This document shows positions 7,900 to 18,504 of a DNA stretch of 64,000 nucleotides, one piece after another (within the stretch, counting starts at the first letter, position 1; each line of letters begins with the position of its first letter). Origin of the DNA: Verrucomicrobiota bacterium (GTDB taxonomy: Bacteria; Verrucomicrobiota; Kiritimatiellia; UBA8416; JBHORK01). The position numbers were made by a program, and so were the translations under genes. The stretch lies in NCBI GenBank assembly GCA_042565725.1, contig JBHORK010000001.1:4995-68994 (forward strand), given 5' to 3'. The notes under the pieces are model-generated. The model was not told where the DNA came from, searched no databases, and was given only the letters and a program-made list of their open reading frames with translations.

Positions 7900-9369
7900 T
7901 TATTTTTGGCTAACGTTCTGATAACGAAGTTTGGGTACTCGGTAGCGTTCTGATAATCTTGCGTTGGCCTCAGCAAGTGTTTCTGTGTCTAGAACCAGAT
8001 CTACGCCGATCGACTTGAGTGTAAGCCGCTCAATGCTTCCATCACGGTCAACAATTCCGAAAACGTCCGACATGTTTTGTATCTTTTTGCCGTTGATATG
8101 TGTGATTATTGAGCTGTAAAAATACTGATAACCAATATTTATCGGGTCAGAGAGAACAGACGAAAGTATTACAATGCGATCTCCTGCAGCATTAAGGGAT
8201 TTTTTCCGCGTTAAATATAAATGCACAAGTTCAGAATCAGCTTTGCTGCGCCAGTTCTCTCCAAAAGACTTGAGGTATTTTCCTGTCAGCTCTCTTATTA
8301 CGAGTCCGCCTTCCACAAGATATTCCGGCTGTTTACCCTCGGTGTTGTCAGGGATAAAAGAGTCGGAATCTAGCAAATGGTCCAATTGTATTTTGATGTT
8401 CTGAATCTTTTTATTGCGCATAAGTTGAACGGATACCGTGTCGCCGGGTTTATGTCTGCCGTTAATAAGATATGTAAACATCAGCCTGCCGAACTTTTCG
8501 TCTTTGTAATAGCCAAGATTGTCAATTGCATGGCCATCCAGGCTGAGTATTACGTCAAGAGGTTTCAGCGACTCGCGTGCCCCGGTTTCGGGCAGACATG
8601 ACAGAACGAGTATGCCGACTTCGTCCTTTCCGACTCCAAAATACGACCGCTTAACGGGATCAATAAGAGTGGACCATGTGAAGCCTGCGGACGCAATTCC
8701 TTCATATGGTTTTTTTTCAGCGTCTTTTATAAAACGATTTAGAACACAGTAGGGCAGTACATCTCCCGTGCGTGTGCTTCGGTTATATCTGATTACAAGG
8801 CCTGCAAGCTTACTGTCATATATCACTGCCGCTCCCATGCCGTTGACGTTCAGGTCGGTAAGCACGCTGAATGTAAGAGAAACGTGTGGTGCTTTAGGCA
8901 GATATTTCATTGCAATCTGGAACATCTTTGCTTTTCCCTGCTGAATTTTGAAAGTCTCACCAAATTGTATTATTTCAACTTCACTCTCAGCTGGTACGTC
9001 TTGCGCCAGACTCAGCGGAGTAATCCATGGGGCTTCGTTTGTGTCGGTGATAGTAAGCAAAGCTAAATTAGACTGGTAGTCGCATAATTCCACCTTCGCG
9101 TTGATCTTTTTTCCCGAGCCGGACCTTCGAAGTTCCACAAGGGTGTGGTTGCGAATTATACTCTCTGTCGTAATAACCTGTGATTTGCTGATCGCTACAC
9201 CATAGCCGTATCTAACACACGGCTTCCATTTTTGCCATGGTTTAAAAGGATTAAATTCCTGATATGTGGCAACTACCTGTACAACACTCTTTTCAAAATC
9301 ATCTGTGTATGCGAACTGCGCTGAAATAAAAATTAACAATATCAGGATTTTTGAGGATGAAAGCTTCAT
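7900..9369 (-). CDS. Catalytically inactive Deg/HtrA-like (trypsin + PDZ) protein
   Basis: Colinear with 9366..10889, but the triad positions read TTESII / QSNLA / NGMGAA. Confidence 0.8.
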   Translation of the reverse strand: MKLSSSKILILLIFISAQFAYTDDFEKSVVQVVATYQEFNPFKPWQKWKPCVRYGYGVAISKSQVITTESIIRNHTLVELRRSGSGKKINAKVELCDYQSNLALLTITDTNEAPWITPLSLAQDVPAESEVEIIQFGETFKIQQGKAKMFQIAMKYLPKAPHVSLTFSVLTDLNVNGMGAAVIYDSKLAGLVIRYNRSTRTGDVLPYCVLNRFIKDAEKKPYEGIASAGFTWSTLIDPVKRSYFGVGKDEVGILVLSCLPETGARESLKPLDVILSLDGHAIDNLGYYKDEKFGRLMFTYLINGRHKPGDTVSVQLMRNKKIQNIKIQLDHLLDSDSFIPDNTEGKQPEYLVEGGLVIRELTGKYLKSFGENWRSKADSELVHLYLTRKKSLNAAGDRIVILSSVLSDPINIGYQYFYSSIITHINGKKIQNMSDVFGIVDRDGSIERLTLKSIGVDLVLDTETLAEANARLSERYRVPKLRYQNVSQK

Positions 9370-10889
9370 TGTTTGTCCTTTACGGGATGCTTAGGAAACA
9401 TGTCGTTAAAATATTCAGGAGCCGACAATCCGTAACTGGACATTATTTCACTTTCAACTTTTTTTGATGCCGTTGCGTCGAGAACAAGAACATCATCCAT
9501 TCCAGCGAAACGCATCACATGAAATCCGTTTTGCGGACTGTTGATTGCTTTTTTTATGTCCGCAATGTTACAGATATGAATGCCGTTAATCTCTGTTACA
9601 ATGCCATTAAAGAAATAATTGGCATATGTGTTTACTTTGTGAGGAAGACGTCGGATCAGCACTACGAATTCGTCTCGATCTTCGTAAAGCTTATGCGTTT
9701 TGGCATACTGTGAATAGTAGAGCAGCTGTTGGCTGTTGTTGCCGGGATTTCCTCTCAAAGTGTTTAGATATGCCCTGTTGAAAGGCGAGAATATAAGTCC
9801 GCCAACCATGAAATATTCTGGAAGTTCGTCGTATACACGCCTGAAAGCATATGGGTCTTTGGGATTGGTCAGCGGGACGGTGACTTCAATCTCCTTTTTG
9901 TTGCGCCATACCTTGAAAATCACTGATTCGCCCCATTGTTTTTGTTCAAGAAGCTCCTCGAAGCGGACATTATTTCCATTGAAATCAACTGTGCCGTCGT
10001 TTTCTATTATGTGCTGGTCAACGGAGAGTAAAACGTCTTTTACTTCCAGAAGGTTAACCGCGCTTCCGAAAGGATCAAGATAATATACGGCAACACCGGT
10101 CTTTGATGCCGGCAATCCAAGGCTTTTGTGGAGAGCAATGTTGTGTAATTCAATCCATGAAGCACCAAGCTCCGGGTAGCCGTTGTAATCACCATCTTTA
10201 ATATCCTCCAGGAAATGATTGATTACAGGGATTGGTATGGCGTATCCAATATTATCTGATTCAGCTAAACCCTGGAAGGCCAGGCCGACCACTTTGTCTT
10301 TGAAAATAATCGGACCTCCGCTGTTACCTGGATTGATGGCTGCGTCAACCTGTAGAACCAGGTGCTGGTCAATCCCGCTGTGTGAGTAAGTGCTGTAATC
10401 TATGCGTGACACGATACCCCTCGTTATTGAAAGACGGATACCTCCTCTGGGGTAGCCTAAGACCGTGACTTCATCATTCAAGCGCGGGAGTTGCTTCGCG
10501 AAAGTAACAGGACTGGTTCCTTTGAAGAACGATGGGTCGTCAACCGAAAGTATCGCCAGATCACAATCATGCCCGCTGAAACTGACTCGTGCTCTGTATT
10601 TTTTTGCGTCACCGTTTTTCTGGACCTGTAGAAATTTTACGTCGGACACAATATGTGCATTGGTTAAAATGCGGCGTTTATCAATGATGAAACCCGTGCC
10701 GTTTCCTTTTATCTGAAAGCCGCTTTGCCATGGCATGGAATAATCCGCCCGCTGGATCGTGGCGTATATTTTAACAACAGAATTACGCAGTGATTTTCGT
10801 CCGAATGCGGCATAAGCGTTTCCGGTGAATTCGGCTAAAACCGATAACAGCAAGAGAGATATCAGCCATTTTGCAGTTGATTTGTTCAT
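9366..10889 (-). CDS. Deg/HtrA serine protease (Deg2-like, S1C) with PDZ domains
   Basis: Catalytic triad in ILTNAHIV, DCDLAIL and AINPGNSGGP; signal peptide. Confidence 0.92.
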   Translation of the reverse strand: MNKSTAKWLISLLLLSVLAEFTGNAYAAFGRKSLRNSVVKIYATIQRADYSMPWQSGFQIKGNGTGFIIDKRRILTNAHIVSDVKFLQVQKNGDAKKYRARVSFSGHDCDLAILSVDDPSFFKGTSPVTFAKQLPRLNDEVTVLGYPRGGIRLSITRGIVSRIDYSTYSHSGIDQHLVLQVDAAINPGNSGGPIIFKDKVVGLAFQGLAESDNIGYAIPIPVINHFLEDIKDGDYNGYPELGASWIELHNIALHKSLGLPASKTGVAVYYLDPFGSAVNLLEVKDVLLSVDQHIIENDGTVDFNGNNVRFEELLEQKQWGESVIFKVWRNKKEIEVTVPLTNPKDPYAFRRVYDELPEYFMVGGLIFSPFNRAYLNTLRGNPGNNSQQLLYYSQYAKTHKLYEDRDEFVVLIRRLPHKVNTYANYFFNGIVTEINGIHICNIADIKKAINSPQNGFHVMRFAGMDDVLVLDATASKKVESEIMSSYGLSAPEYFNDMFPKHPVKDKQ

Positions 10890-11036
10890 GCTTAGCTGGG
10901 CATACTACTTTTAATTGTGTGAAAAAGCACGATAAAAATCAGGAGCCAGGATTCAGGAATCAACAGCCTTCAGCCTAAACAACCTGATGATGCCGCACAA
11001 CCGTTAGACGAACAGTGCAGGATATTTGAATATCGA

Positions 11037-11068
11037 ACGAAATACGAAATACGCTTAACGAAATACGC
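11037..11068. repeat. Dispersed heptad-period repeat, copy 2
   Basis: ACGAAATACGAAATACGCTTAACGAAATACGC. Confidence 0.75.
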
Positions 11069-11231
11069 ACTTATTATGAGTATTCAGGATAGAGATTATA
11101 TGAAGCCAGAGTATCGTCCGCGTTCTTGTAAAAAAGACTCTGTATCTTTAAAAAACCGGTTTCTTTTTCTTCTGTGGAGAATTAAACGATGGTTGCTTTC
11201 GGGCTTCAGTAGAGGGAAGTAACGAACGCTA

Positions 11232-11753
11232 TTAAAACGAGCGTTTTACCCAGATTCCATATTCCAGATCATCTAAGTCAAATTTGTCTATATCACCCCA
11301 GTCTTCAAATACGTAATAGACCTGAAAATCCATCTGGAGTCCGAAAAGGGGCATCTGAAGTCCGGTAATTAATTGCCAGTATAAATCCGTCCAGTCGCTG
11401 CCTTCATTCTCGTCATCAATATAACTTTGAAGAACACCAATGCCGCCTTGCCACATCCTGTCCTTGAAGATCAGATCTGCATGAGGAGTTATAACCGAAT
11501 CTACTGTGTTTGTTCCTGTGACATCGTTAGCGTAGTTTGCGCCGAACTGCCAGTAGGCGGACTCGTTATGGTACTCATAGGCGAGTCCGTATGAAATATC
11601 TCCTTTGTCGAACGGCAGAGTTACAAACTCAGAATGTTCGGCATGAGTTCTGCCGCCTATAGCGAGCGTATGTGTGCCCGCCTTTGCAGGAGCGATGTTT
11701 GAAAACAAGAATATTGACGCTGACAAAAGTAGAAGTTTGTTTTTTATTTTCAC
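11232..11753 (-). CDS. Small outer-membrane beta-barrel protein
   Basis: Signal peptide from a probable GTG at 11753, alternating aromatic beta-strands, C-terminal Phe (VKRSF). Confidence 0.7.
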   Translation of the reverse strand: MKIKNKLLLLSASIFLFSNIAPAKAGTHTLAIGGRTHAEHSEFVTLPFDKGDISYGLAYEYHNESAYWQFGANYANDVTGTNTVDSVITPHADLIFKDRMWQGGIGVLQSYIDDENEGSDWTDLYWQLITGLQMPLFGLQMDFQVYYVFEDWGDIDKFDLDDLEYGIWVKRSF

Positions 11754-11801
11754 ATTTATAATGCTACCTGCAGTATAAATGGATTGCAAGATAATTGTCA
11801 G

Positions 11802-11823
11802 GAATTCGCGTTAACGCGAATTC
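11802..11823. promoter_or_regulatory. 22-bp perfect palindrome, candidate operator
   Basis: GAATTCGCGTTAACGCGAATTC, lying between the divergent OMP and pilB genes. Confidence 0.5.
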
Positions 11824-11918
11824 TGCATTTCGAATTGGCATAATACAACAAAGTATGCAATAATAATTCATTGAAAATCATAGTGTATGTCTGAAGATAT
11901 TTGTTTTGTAACGCCGTT

Positions 11919-11934
11919 TGGCACATAATCTGCT
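11919..11934 (+). promoter_or_regulatory. Sigma54 (-24/-12) promoter of the pilB operon
   Basis: TGGCACATAATCTGCT with GG-N10-GC spacing, about 50 bp before pilB1. Confidence 0.7.
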
Positions 11935-11982
11935 TTTTTTTTAATGGTAAGCTGAGCGGTGTTTTTTTAGAGAGCATTAATA

Positions 11983-13710
11983 ATGACGAAAAAACCTTAC
12001 TCTGAGAAGATTTCCGGTATTCTGATCAAACGCAAGGCAATAGAATTGCCAGCACTCCAGGATGCGGAACAGGAAGCTCATTCATCAGGTGAACGGCTTG
12101 AGAAGTATCTCGTTGATAAACAACTCGTCTCACATGCAGATATGGCTCTGGCAATATCGGAATATCTCGGTATGCCGCCAATTGCGTTGTCTCACTTTAC
12201 TCCTGATCCTCAACTTTCAGCTCTCATTCCTCGCGAGGTGCTGGTAAGGCACAAGGCTATTCCTGTTTCCAAGCTGGGACGAAGCCTTACGGTAGCTGTT
12301 GCAGACCCTTTTGATATTATCGCGCTAGATGAACTCCAGACCCTGACGGGTCTGGAAATAACCCCGCTTGTTGCATCGCGCAGGGAAATAGTGGAAACCA
12401 TGGAACGAATTTTCCCTAATGAGTCCGGAAATATAGATATTGAAGATGTTCTGAAAGAGGCCGATGCCGACCTTGAAGTCACCCATGAAAAAGTGGATGA
12501 AGATCAGGGTGAAAGTATTGATTCTATACTCGAAAGGGCTGAAGGTGCTCCGGTAGTTCGTATGGTCAGCATGATATTGCTCGAAGCGCTTAGACAAGGT
12601 GCCAGTGATATCCATCTGGAACCCCAAGAGAAGACCCTCCGTCTTCGATATAGAATAGACGGAACACTGATAAACAATCCGAGCCCTCCTAAACATCTGC
12701 AAGGCGCGGTTATCTCAAGAATGAAAATAATGTCCGGTATGGATATCGCAGAGAATCGTATACCGCAGGATGGACGTATAAAGATTCATGCTTTAGGAAA
12801 GGAAGTGGACCTTCGCGTAAATACTTTACCGACCATTTTCGGCGAAAAGATTGTCATGCGCTTGCTGGATAAAAGCGCGCTGTTTCCTAATCTTGCGGCG
12901 TTGGGATTGGACGAAGAAGCCTTTCGAGCCATGAGACATGCTATTGCTCAGCCAAATGGGGTTATCCTTGTAACCGGTCCCACGGGCAGCGGTAAAACCA
13001 CCACTCTTTATTCCTGTCTTATGGAATTAAATCAGCCTGAGGTTAACATCATTACTTGCGAAGATCCTGTTGAGTATCAGCTTCCGGGAATTAACCAAGT
13101 ACAGATTAATGCTTTTATTGGGTTTACATTCTCCTCAGCTCTCCGTTCAGTACTCAGGCAAAGCCCTGACATCATTCTTGTCGGAGAAATTCGTGATTCG
13201 GAAACAGCGGAAATAGCTATCAAAGCTGCGCTTACCGGTCACCTTGTATTGAGCACGCTTCACACCAATGACTCGGCAGGTGCAATTACACGATTAACTG
13301 ATATGGGTGTTGAACCATCACTTCTCGCTTCTTCTCTGATTCTGGCGCAGGCTCAACGTTTGATTCGTAAACTTTGTCCGGCATGCAAGAAGAAATCCGG
13401 GAAACTACCTCTCGATTTACTGAAATCGTATGATATAGCCCCTTCCTTTTTTGAAGGGGAGAAAATCTATGAGGCAAAAGGCTGCATAAAGTGCCGTAAT
13501 ACAGGATACAAAGGACGAATGGCTGTTATGGAAGTGTTGCCCGTTGATAAAGAGCTCAGGAAGGATATACTTCAAGGCTTGAGTGCTAAAGAACTTCTTA
13601 TTAAGGCTCAGGAAAAGGGTATGATATCTCTAAAAGATATAGGCATGCAACAGGTGAAAAAGGGCCAGACCAGTATTGAGGCGGCTTTACGTGTTACCGG
13701 TGGTGAATGA
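11983..13710 (+). CDS. pilB: Type IV pilus assembly ATPase PilB/GspE, copy 1
   Basis: ASDIHLEP, Walker A GPTGSGKTTT, EDPVEY, VGEIRD, LSTLHTND and Zn-binding CxxC pairs. Confidence 0.95.
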   Translation: MTKKPYSEKISGILIKRKAIELPALQDAEQEAHSSGERLEKYLVDKQLVSHADMALAISEYLGMPPIALSHFTPDPQLSALIPREVLVRHKAIPVSKLGRSLTVAVADPFDIIALDELQTLTGLEITPLVASRREIVETMERIFPNESGNIDIEDVLKEADADLEVTHEKVDEDQGESIDSILERAEGAPVVRMVSMILLEALRQGASDIHLEPQEKTLRLRYRIDGTLINNPSPPKHLQGAVISRMKIMSGMDIAENRIPQDGRIKIHALGKEVDLRVNTLPTIFGEKIVMRLLDKSALFPNLAALGLDEEAFRAMRHAIAQPNGVILVTGPTGSGKTTTLYSCLMELNQPEVNIITCEDPVEYQLPGINQVQINAFIGFTFSSALRSVLRQSPDIILVGEIRDSETAEIAIKAALTGHLVLSTLHTNDSAGAITRLTDMGVEPSLLASSLILAQAQRLIRKLCPACKKKSGKLPLDLLKSYDIAPSFFEGEKIYEAKGCIKCRNTGYKGRMAVMEVLPVDKELRKDILQGLSAKELLIKAQEKGMISLKDIGMQQVKKGQTSIEAALRVTGGE

Positions 13711-13717
13711 GGTAATT

Positions 13718-15439
13718 ATGAGCGAAAAGAAATCAAGCGATAGTCTTGCGAATATTCTTATCAGGCGTAACGTGGTTCCCGATGATGTCCTTGAGACCGC
13801 CCGGGAAGAAGCAAAATCTTCCGGGTTGACACTGGAGAGGTATCTGGTGGAAAACGATCTCGTTCGCGGTGATCAAATGACTTTAGCAATATCGGAGTAT
13901 CTCGGAATGCAGCCGATTTCACTTGCCCATTTCATTCCCGACCTTCAGCTCATTGAAACATTGCCGCGTCAGACTTTAAGTAAACACCAGATCATCCCCA
14001 TCACTCAGACCGGTAAAAATCTGACTGTCGCACTTGGTGACCCATTCAATATTATGGCTATTGACGAACTTCATATTCAGACGGGGCTGGACATAACTTC
14101 TTTGGTGGCTTCGGAACAGGAAGTTAGCAAAGTGCTGGAGCAGACCAAAGTACAGGAAGCAGGCGCGCTGGATATGGAGGACATCATGAATGAGGAGGAA
14201 GACGGGGGGATGTCTGTTGGATCACAGGAAGAACTCGAACAGCAAAGCCTTGAAGAAATGATGGAAAGCGCCGAGGACCGACCGGTTATTCGCATGGTTA
14301 ATATGATATTGATTGAAGCAATAAAACTGGGAGCAAGTGATATCCATATCGAACCGCAGGAGGACAAAGTAAGGCTTCGATACAGGGTTGATGGAGTGCT
14401 GATAGAACATCCCAGTATCCCCAAAAGTCTTCAGTCCGCAATTATTTCAAGAGTTAAGATTATGGCGGATATGGATATCGGCGAACAGCGGCTTCCGCAG
14501 GATGGACGATTCAGGATAACAGCTCTCGGCAAGGCTATAGATGTTCGTGTCAGCATTCTTCCCTCCATCTTTGGCGGTAGAGTAGTATTGAGAACCCTGG
14601 ACAAAAGTGCTTTGTTTCCCAACCTTGCGGCCTTGGATCTTGACAAGCGCGCTTATGATTCATTGAGTTATGCTATCGCGCAGCCCCACGGCATAATCCT
14701 TGTAACCGGTCCTACGGGAAGCGGTAAGACCACCACACTGTATTCCTGTCTGCAGGAACTCAACAAACCCGATATAAATCTGACTACATGCGAGGATCCT
14801 GTTGAATATCAGGTCCCGGGAATAATTCAGGTGAAAATAAATACTGATGTCGGATGTACTTTCGGTGCCGCACTCAGGGCAATATTGAGACAGGACCCCG
14901 ACATTGTTCTGATCGGAGAGATTCGTGATTCGGAAACATGTGAAATCGCCATAAAAGCTGCGCTTACCGGACATTTGGTTTTGAGCACGCTTCACGCAAA
15001 TGATGCTTCAGGTACTATAACGCGCTTGCTGGATATGGGAATGGAGCCGTTCCTGTTGGCTTCATCCCTGATTCTTGCACAAGCCCAGCGTCTGTTTCGT
15101 AAGCTCTGCCCAAACTGCAGAAAAGAAGCAAAGCCGTCCCAAAAACTTCTAAAAGAGCATCATGTGCCCCTGGATTTTTTCAATGGAACAAAAATCTACG
15201 AGGCAAAAGGCTGTCACCAGTGTCACAACATGGGCTATCGTGGCCGAAATGCGATTATGGAAGTTCTAACAATTGATGAAGATGTTCGGCTTGGTATTAT
15301 GCGTAAAGCCATGGCTGATGAAATAGAGGATATTGCAACCGGGAAAGGAATGGTGACTCTTCGCCAGGCGGCCCTTGAAAAGGTAAAAGAAGGATCGACA
15401 AGTATTGAAGAAGCGCTTAAAATTACGGTAAGCAGATAA
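13718..15439 (+). CDS. pilB: Type IV pilus assembly ATPase PilB/GspE, copy 2
   Basis: Same motifs as copy 1 (GPTGSGKTTT, LRQDPD, IGEIRD, CPNC/CHQC). Start MSEKK follows a GAGG RBS. Confidence 0.95.
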   Translation: MSEKKSSDSLANILIRRNVVPDDVLETAREEAKSSGLTLERYLVENDLVRGDQMTLAISEYLGMQPISLAHFIPDLQLIETLPRQTLSKHQIIPITQTGKNLTVALGDPFNIMAIDELHIQTGLDITSLVASEQEVSKVLEQTKVQEAGALDMEDIMNEEEDGGMSVGSQEELEQQSLEEMMESAEDRPVIRMVNMILIEAIKLGASDIHIEPQEDKVRLRYRVDGVLIEHPSIPKSLQSAIISRVKIMADMDIGEQRLPQDGRFRITALGKAIDVRVSILPSIFGGRVVLRTLDKSALFPNLAALDLDKRAYDSLSYAIAQPHGIILVTGPTGSGKTTTLYSCLQELNKPDINLTTCEDPVEYQVPGIIQVKINTDVGCTFGAALRAILRQDPDIVLIGEIRDSETCEIAIKAALTGHLVLSTLHANDASGTITRLLDMGMEPFLLASSLILAQAQRLFRKLCPNCRKEAKPSQKLLKEHHVPLDFFNGTKIYEAKGCHQCHNMGYRGRNAIMEVLTIDEDVRLGIMRKAMADEIEDIATGKGMVTLRQAALEKVKEGSTSIEEALKITVSR

Positions 15440-15461
15440 ATAAGGAATAAGGTAAAGGTTT

Positions 15462-16631
15462 ATGAGCCCTGTTTTACGTTCAACGAGCACTACAACGGCT
15501 GGTACGCGTTCACAAGCGCCGCGCCGCCGCGCTTCCGCTAAGAGTACTTCCAAGGCACGTGCAGCTAAAGGCCGCAGCAACGTTGCGGGTTCAAGAAAAA
15601 TAGTTAACGACCTGCTTCCTGGTTTTTCCCGTCAGCTTGCCGCAATGCTTTCGGCAGGTATGCCTATTGTGGCGTCGCTTGAAGCGCTTCAGGAGCAGAG
15701 CGATAATCCCGCGTTCAAACGGATTATTGCCCAGATCAAAATGAACATAGAAAATGGATCAGCTTTCTCCGAGTCTCTGCGCCAATTTCCTTCCGTATTC
15801 GACGATCTGTATGCCAACATGATTAAAGGAGGCGAGACAGGAGGGCAGTTACCGGAAACTATAGCGCGATTGGCCAGTTTCCTTGAGTCAAGCTCTAAGC
15901 TCCGACGTAAAGTCAAGTCGTCTATGATGTATCCCGTTATTGTTCTATGCCTGGCTCTTGCAATTGCCACAGGAATGATAATATTTATTGTTCCGGTGTT
16001 CGGGGATATGTTTAAAGATTTTGGCGCGAATCTTCCGGCCCCTACCCAGTTTCTGCTCGATTTGAGTGGTTATTTAAAGAAGTATGGTCTGCTTGTTCTC
16101 GCAGGGCTGGTTGGTCTTGTTATTGTCTTTAAAAAATGGAAAAAGACAGAATCAGGTGCGTACAAGTTCGATAAATTTGTTCTTAAAACACCGGTATTTG
16201 GAGAATTGGGCAAAAAACTTGCTTCAGCACGTTTTGCGAGAACGTTTGGACAGCTTATCCGGAGCGGTGTGCCAATTCTCAGCGCTCTTGAGATTGCATC
16301 AGGATCCACAGGCAACAAAGTTGCCTGTAAAGTCATCATGGATGCCCGTGGTGGAGTCGAAAAAGGGGAGCCGCTTTCCTCGTCCATGCTTGAGCAGACA
16401 GTCTTTCCTACAATGCTGGTTAGAATGCTGCAGGCGGGCGAAAAGACCGGGAAAATCGACGAAATGATGGATAGTATAGCGGATTTTTATGATGACGAAG
16501 TAAATACCATGCTTGCAGGTCTAACTTCCCTGCTGGAGCCCCTCTTGATGATCTTTCTCGGCGTCATTATCGGCGGAATTGTAATATGCATGTTCCTGCC
16601 AATCTTCAAAATGGGTGAAATCGTTGCGTAA
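15462..16631 (+). CDS. pilC: Type IV pilus platform protein PilC/GspF
   Basis: FSRQLAAMLSAGMP, GETGGQL, YPVIVL, GEKTGKIDEM and EPLLMIFLG. Confidence 0.95.
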   Translation: MSPVLRSTSTTTAGTRSQAPRRRASAKSTSKARAAKGRSNVAGSRKIVNDLLPGFSRQLAAMLSAGMPIVASLEALQEQSDNPAFKRIIAQIKMNIENGSAFSESLRQFPSVFDDLYANMIKGGETGGQLPETIARLASFLESSSKLRRKVKSSMMYPVIVLCLALAIATGMIIFIVPVFGDMFKDFGANLPAPTQFLLDLSGYLKKYGLLVLAGLVGLVIVFKKWKKTESGAYKFDKFVLKTPVFGELGKKLASARFARTFGQLIRSGVPILSALEIASGSTGNKVACKVIMDARGGVEKGEPLSSSMLEQTVFPTMLVRMLQAGEKTGKIDEMMDSIADFYDDEVNTMLAGLTSLLEPLLMIFLGVIIGGIVICMFLPIFKMGEIVA

Positions 16632-16821
16632 ATTCACCCTGTCATCCGATTCTTGAATTCTGACTCCTTATTATTAACAGATTTGCCAATCCTAAAAAAT
16701 GAGAAAATTCATCTTTACACTACTCTGAAGCCGTTGTAATCTCCTTTTCTAACTCCCTATATAGTATATAGCAACTGAGGATTGTTCCTGCGATATTAGG
16801 GCTAAATCAGGGAATTGATTT

Positions 16822-18192
16822 ATGTCGAGCATATTACTTGTAGATGATGAATTAAGCATTTTGAGTGTGCTAAACACCTTGCTGAAAGCAGAAGGCTATG
16901 AAGTTGTTACTGCGCAAGGAGGGGATAAGGCCAAGGAAGTTCTTGAGAAACAAGAGTTTGATCTGATGCTTTCCGATATACGTATGGCTCCTGTGGATGG
17001 TATTCAGCTGCTCAAGTTTGTTCATGCCGAACATCCTGACATGGCCGTGATCATGCTGACGGCCTTCGGATCGGTCGAAACAGCAATTGAAGCTTTGAAA
17101 CTCGGTGCGTTTGATTACATCACCAAGCCTTTTAAGGTGGATGAACTTCTTATCACTGTGCAGAGAGCATTGGAATATAAGACTGCTCTCACCGAAAATG
17201 TTAGCCTCAAGAGTCAGCTTGGGGCGCGTTATGAGCTTGAGAAGATTGTCGCCGAAAGTCCGGCAATGCAGAATGTCTGCGAAATGATTAAGCGTGTGGC
17301 ACCTACTGACACAACGGTGCTGATTTACGGTGAAAGCGGTACAGGCAAAGAACTTATTGCCCAAGCTATTCATTCCAACAGCCGCAGGGCTGAAAAGAAT
17401 TTCCTGGCAGTTAACTGCGCGGCACTTCCGGAGGCATTGCTGGAATCTGAGATGTTTGGCCATGTTAAAGGCGCTTTTACGGGTGCAGCATCAAACAAAG
17501 AAGGATTGTTTGAGGCAGTAAAAGGCGGCACTATTCTTCTCGACGAAATAGGATCCATGCCCATGAGTATACAGGGTAAACTCCTGCGAGTCCTGCAGGA
17601 AAAGGAAATACGGCGTGTTGGAGGCAATGAACATATTTCTATAGACGCCCGCGTACTGGCGGCAACTAATTTCAATCTGGAAACACTCATGAAAGAGAAA
17701 AAATTCAGAGAAGACCTGTTTTACCGACTCAGTGTTATTCCTATTGAGGTTAAACCTCTCAGAGAAAGAAAGGAAGATATTCTGCCCCTTGTTTATCATG
17801 TCCTCCATGCGGAAACGCCGGAAGGACAACAGCCTCTTACGCTGGATCCTGAAGTGTGTTCAATCCTCGAGTCATATTCCTGGCCCGGCAATGTTCGTGA
17901 ACTGGAAAATGCAGTAAAACACGCCATGACTTTTGTTGAGGACAACAAAATCACAAAAGAAGTTCTGCCGCCCAAGATAGCTGCTACACCTGTCGCTGCG
18001 ACATCCTCTCCATCGCAAACCGATGTGCAAAGCGGACGGTGCAAATCTCTGAGAGCTTTCCTTCGTTCCAGGGAAAGAGAATATCTGGAGCAGGTTCTTT
18101 CTCATACTTCCGGTGATAAGGAAAAAGCCGCCGAAAAACTTAAAATAAGCTTATCCACTCTTTACCGTAAACTGCCCGAATCACAGGAATAA
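16822..18192 (+). CDS. pilR: Sigma54-dependent response regulator (PilR/NtrC family)
   Basis: Receiver domain, AAA+ domain (GESGTGKE, GAFTGA, WPGNVRELEN) and Fis-type HTH; located just upstream of the pilin. Confidence 0.85.
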   Translation: MSSILLVDDELSILSVLNTLLKAEGYEVVTAQGGDKAKEVLEKQEFDLMLSDIRMAPVDGIQLLKFVHAEHPDMAVIMLTAFGSVETAIEALKLGAFDYITKPFKVDELLITVQRALEYKTALTENVSLKSQLGARYELEKIVAESPAMQNVCEMIKRVAPTDTTVLIYGESGTGKELIAQAIHSNSRRAEKNFLAVNCAALPEALLESEMFGHVKGAFTGAASNKEGLFEAVKGGTILLDEIGSMPMSIQGKLLRVLQEKEIRRVGGNEHISIDARVLAATNFNLETLMKEKKFREDLFYRLSVIPIEVKPLRERKEDILPLVYHVLHAETPEGQQPLTLDPEVCSILESYSWPGNVRELENAVKHAMTFVEDNKITKEVLPPKIAATPVAATSSPSQTDVQSGRCKSLRAFLRSREREYLEQVLSHTSGDKEKAAEKLKISLSTLYRKLPESQE

Positions 18193-18403
18193 TCGTATCC
18201 CTAAAGAGATTTGTGCTCTAATTCTGACCCATGACATCCTTGTCATAATTGAATCTAATGTTATCATCTTTGCATATTTGAGAGGAGATTGAGGGTGTTT
18301 CCTATATATTTGCCTCATAAAGATAAGAAATTATTATAAAGTATCCTAGAAATTCGTTAATATAACTATAACAATTTTGAAATATTGAGAATTATTGAGA
18401 ATA

Positions 18404-18419
18404 TGGCACGGGTACTGCT
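18404..18419 (+). promoter_or_regulatory. Sigma54 promoter of the pilin gene
   Basis: TGGCACGGGTACTGCT with GG-N10-GC spacing and an AT-rich upstream region. Confidence 0.8.
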
Positions 18420-18504
18420 ATATATTGATACAACAATTGTTGTGTAATAGGTACACAGCAGAGGGGGCAAGGTCGCAGCCCTGAACTAACTAAGGAGGAA
18501 TGCG

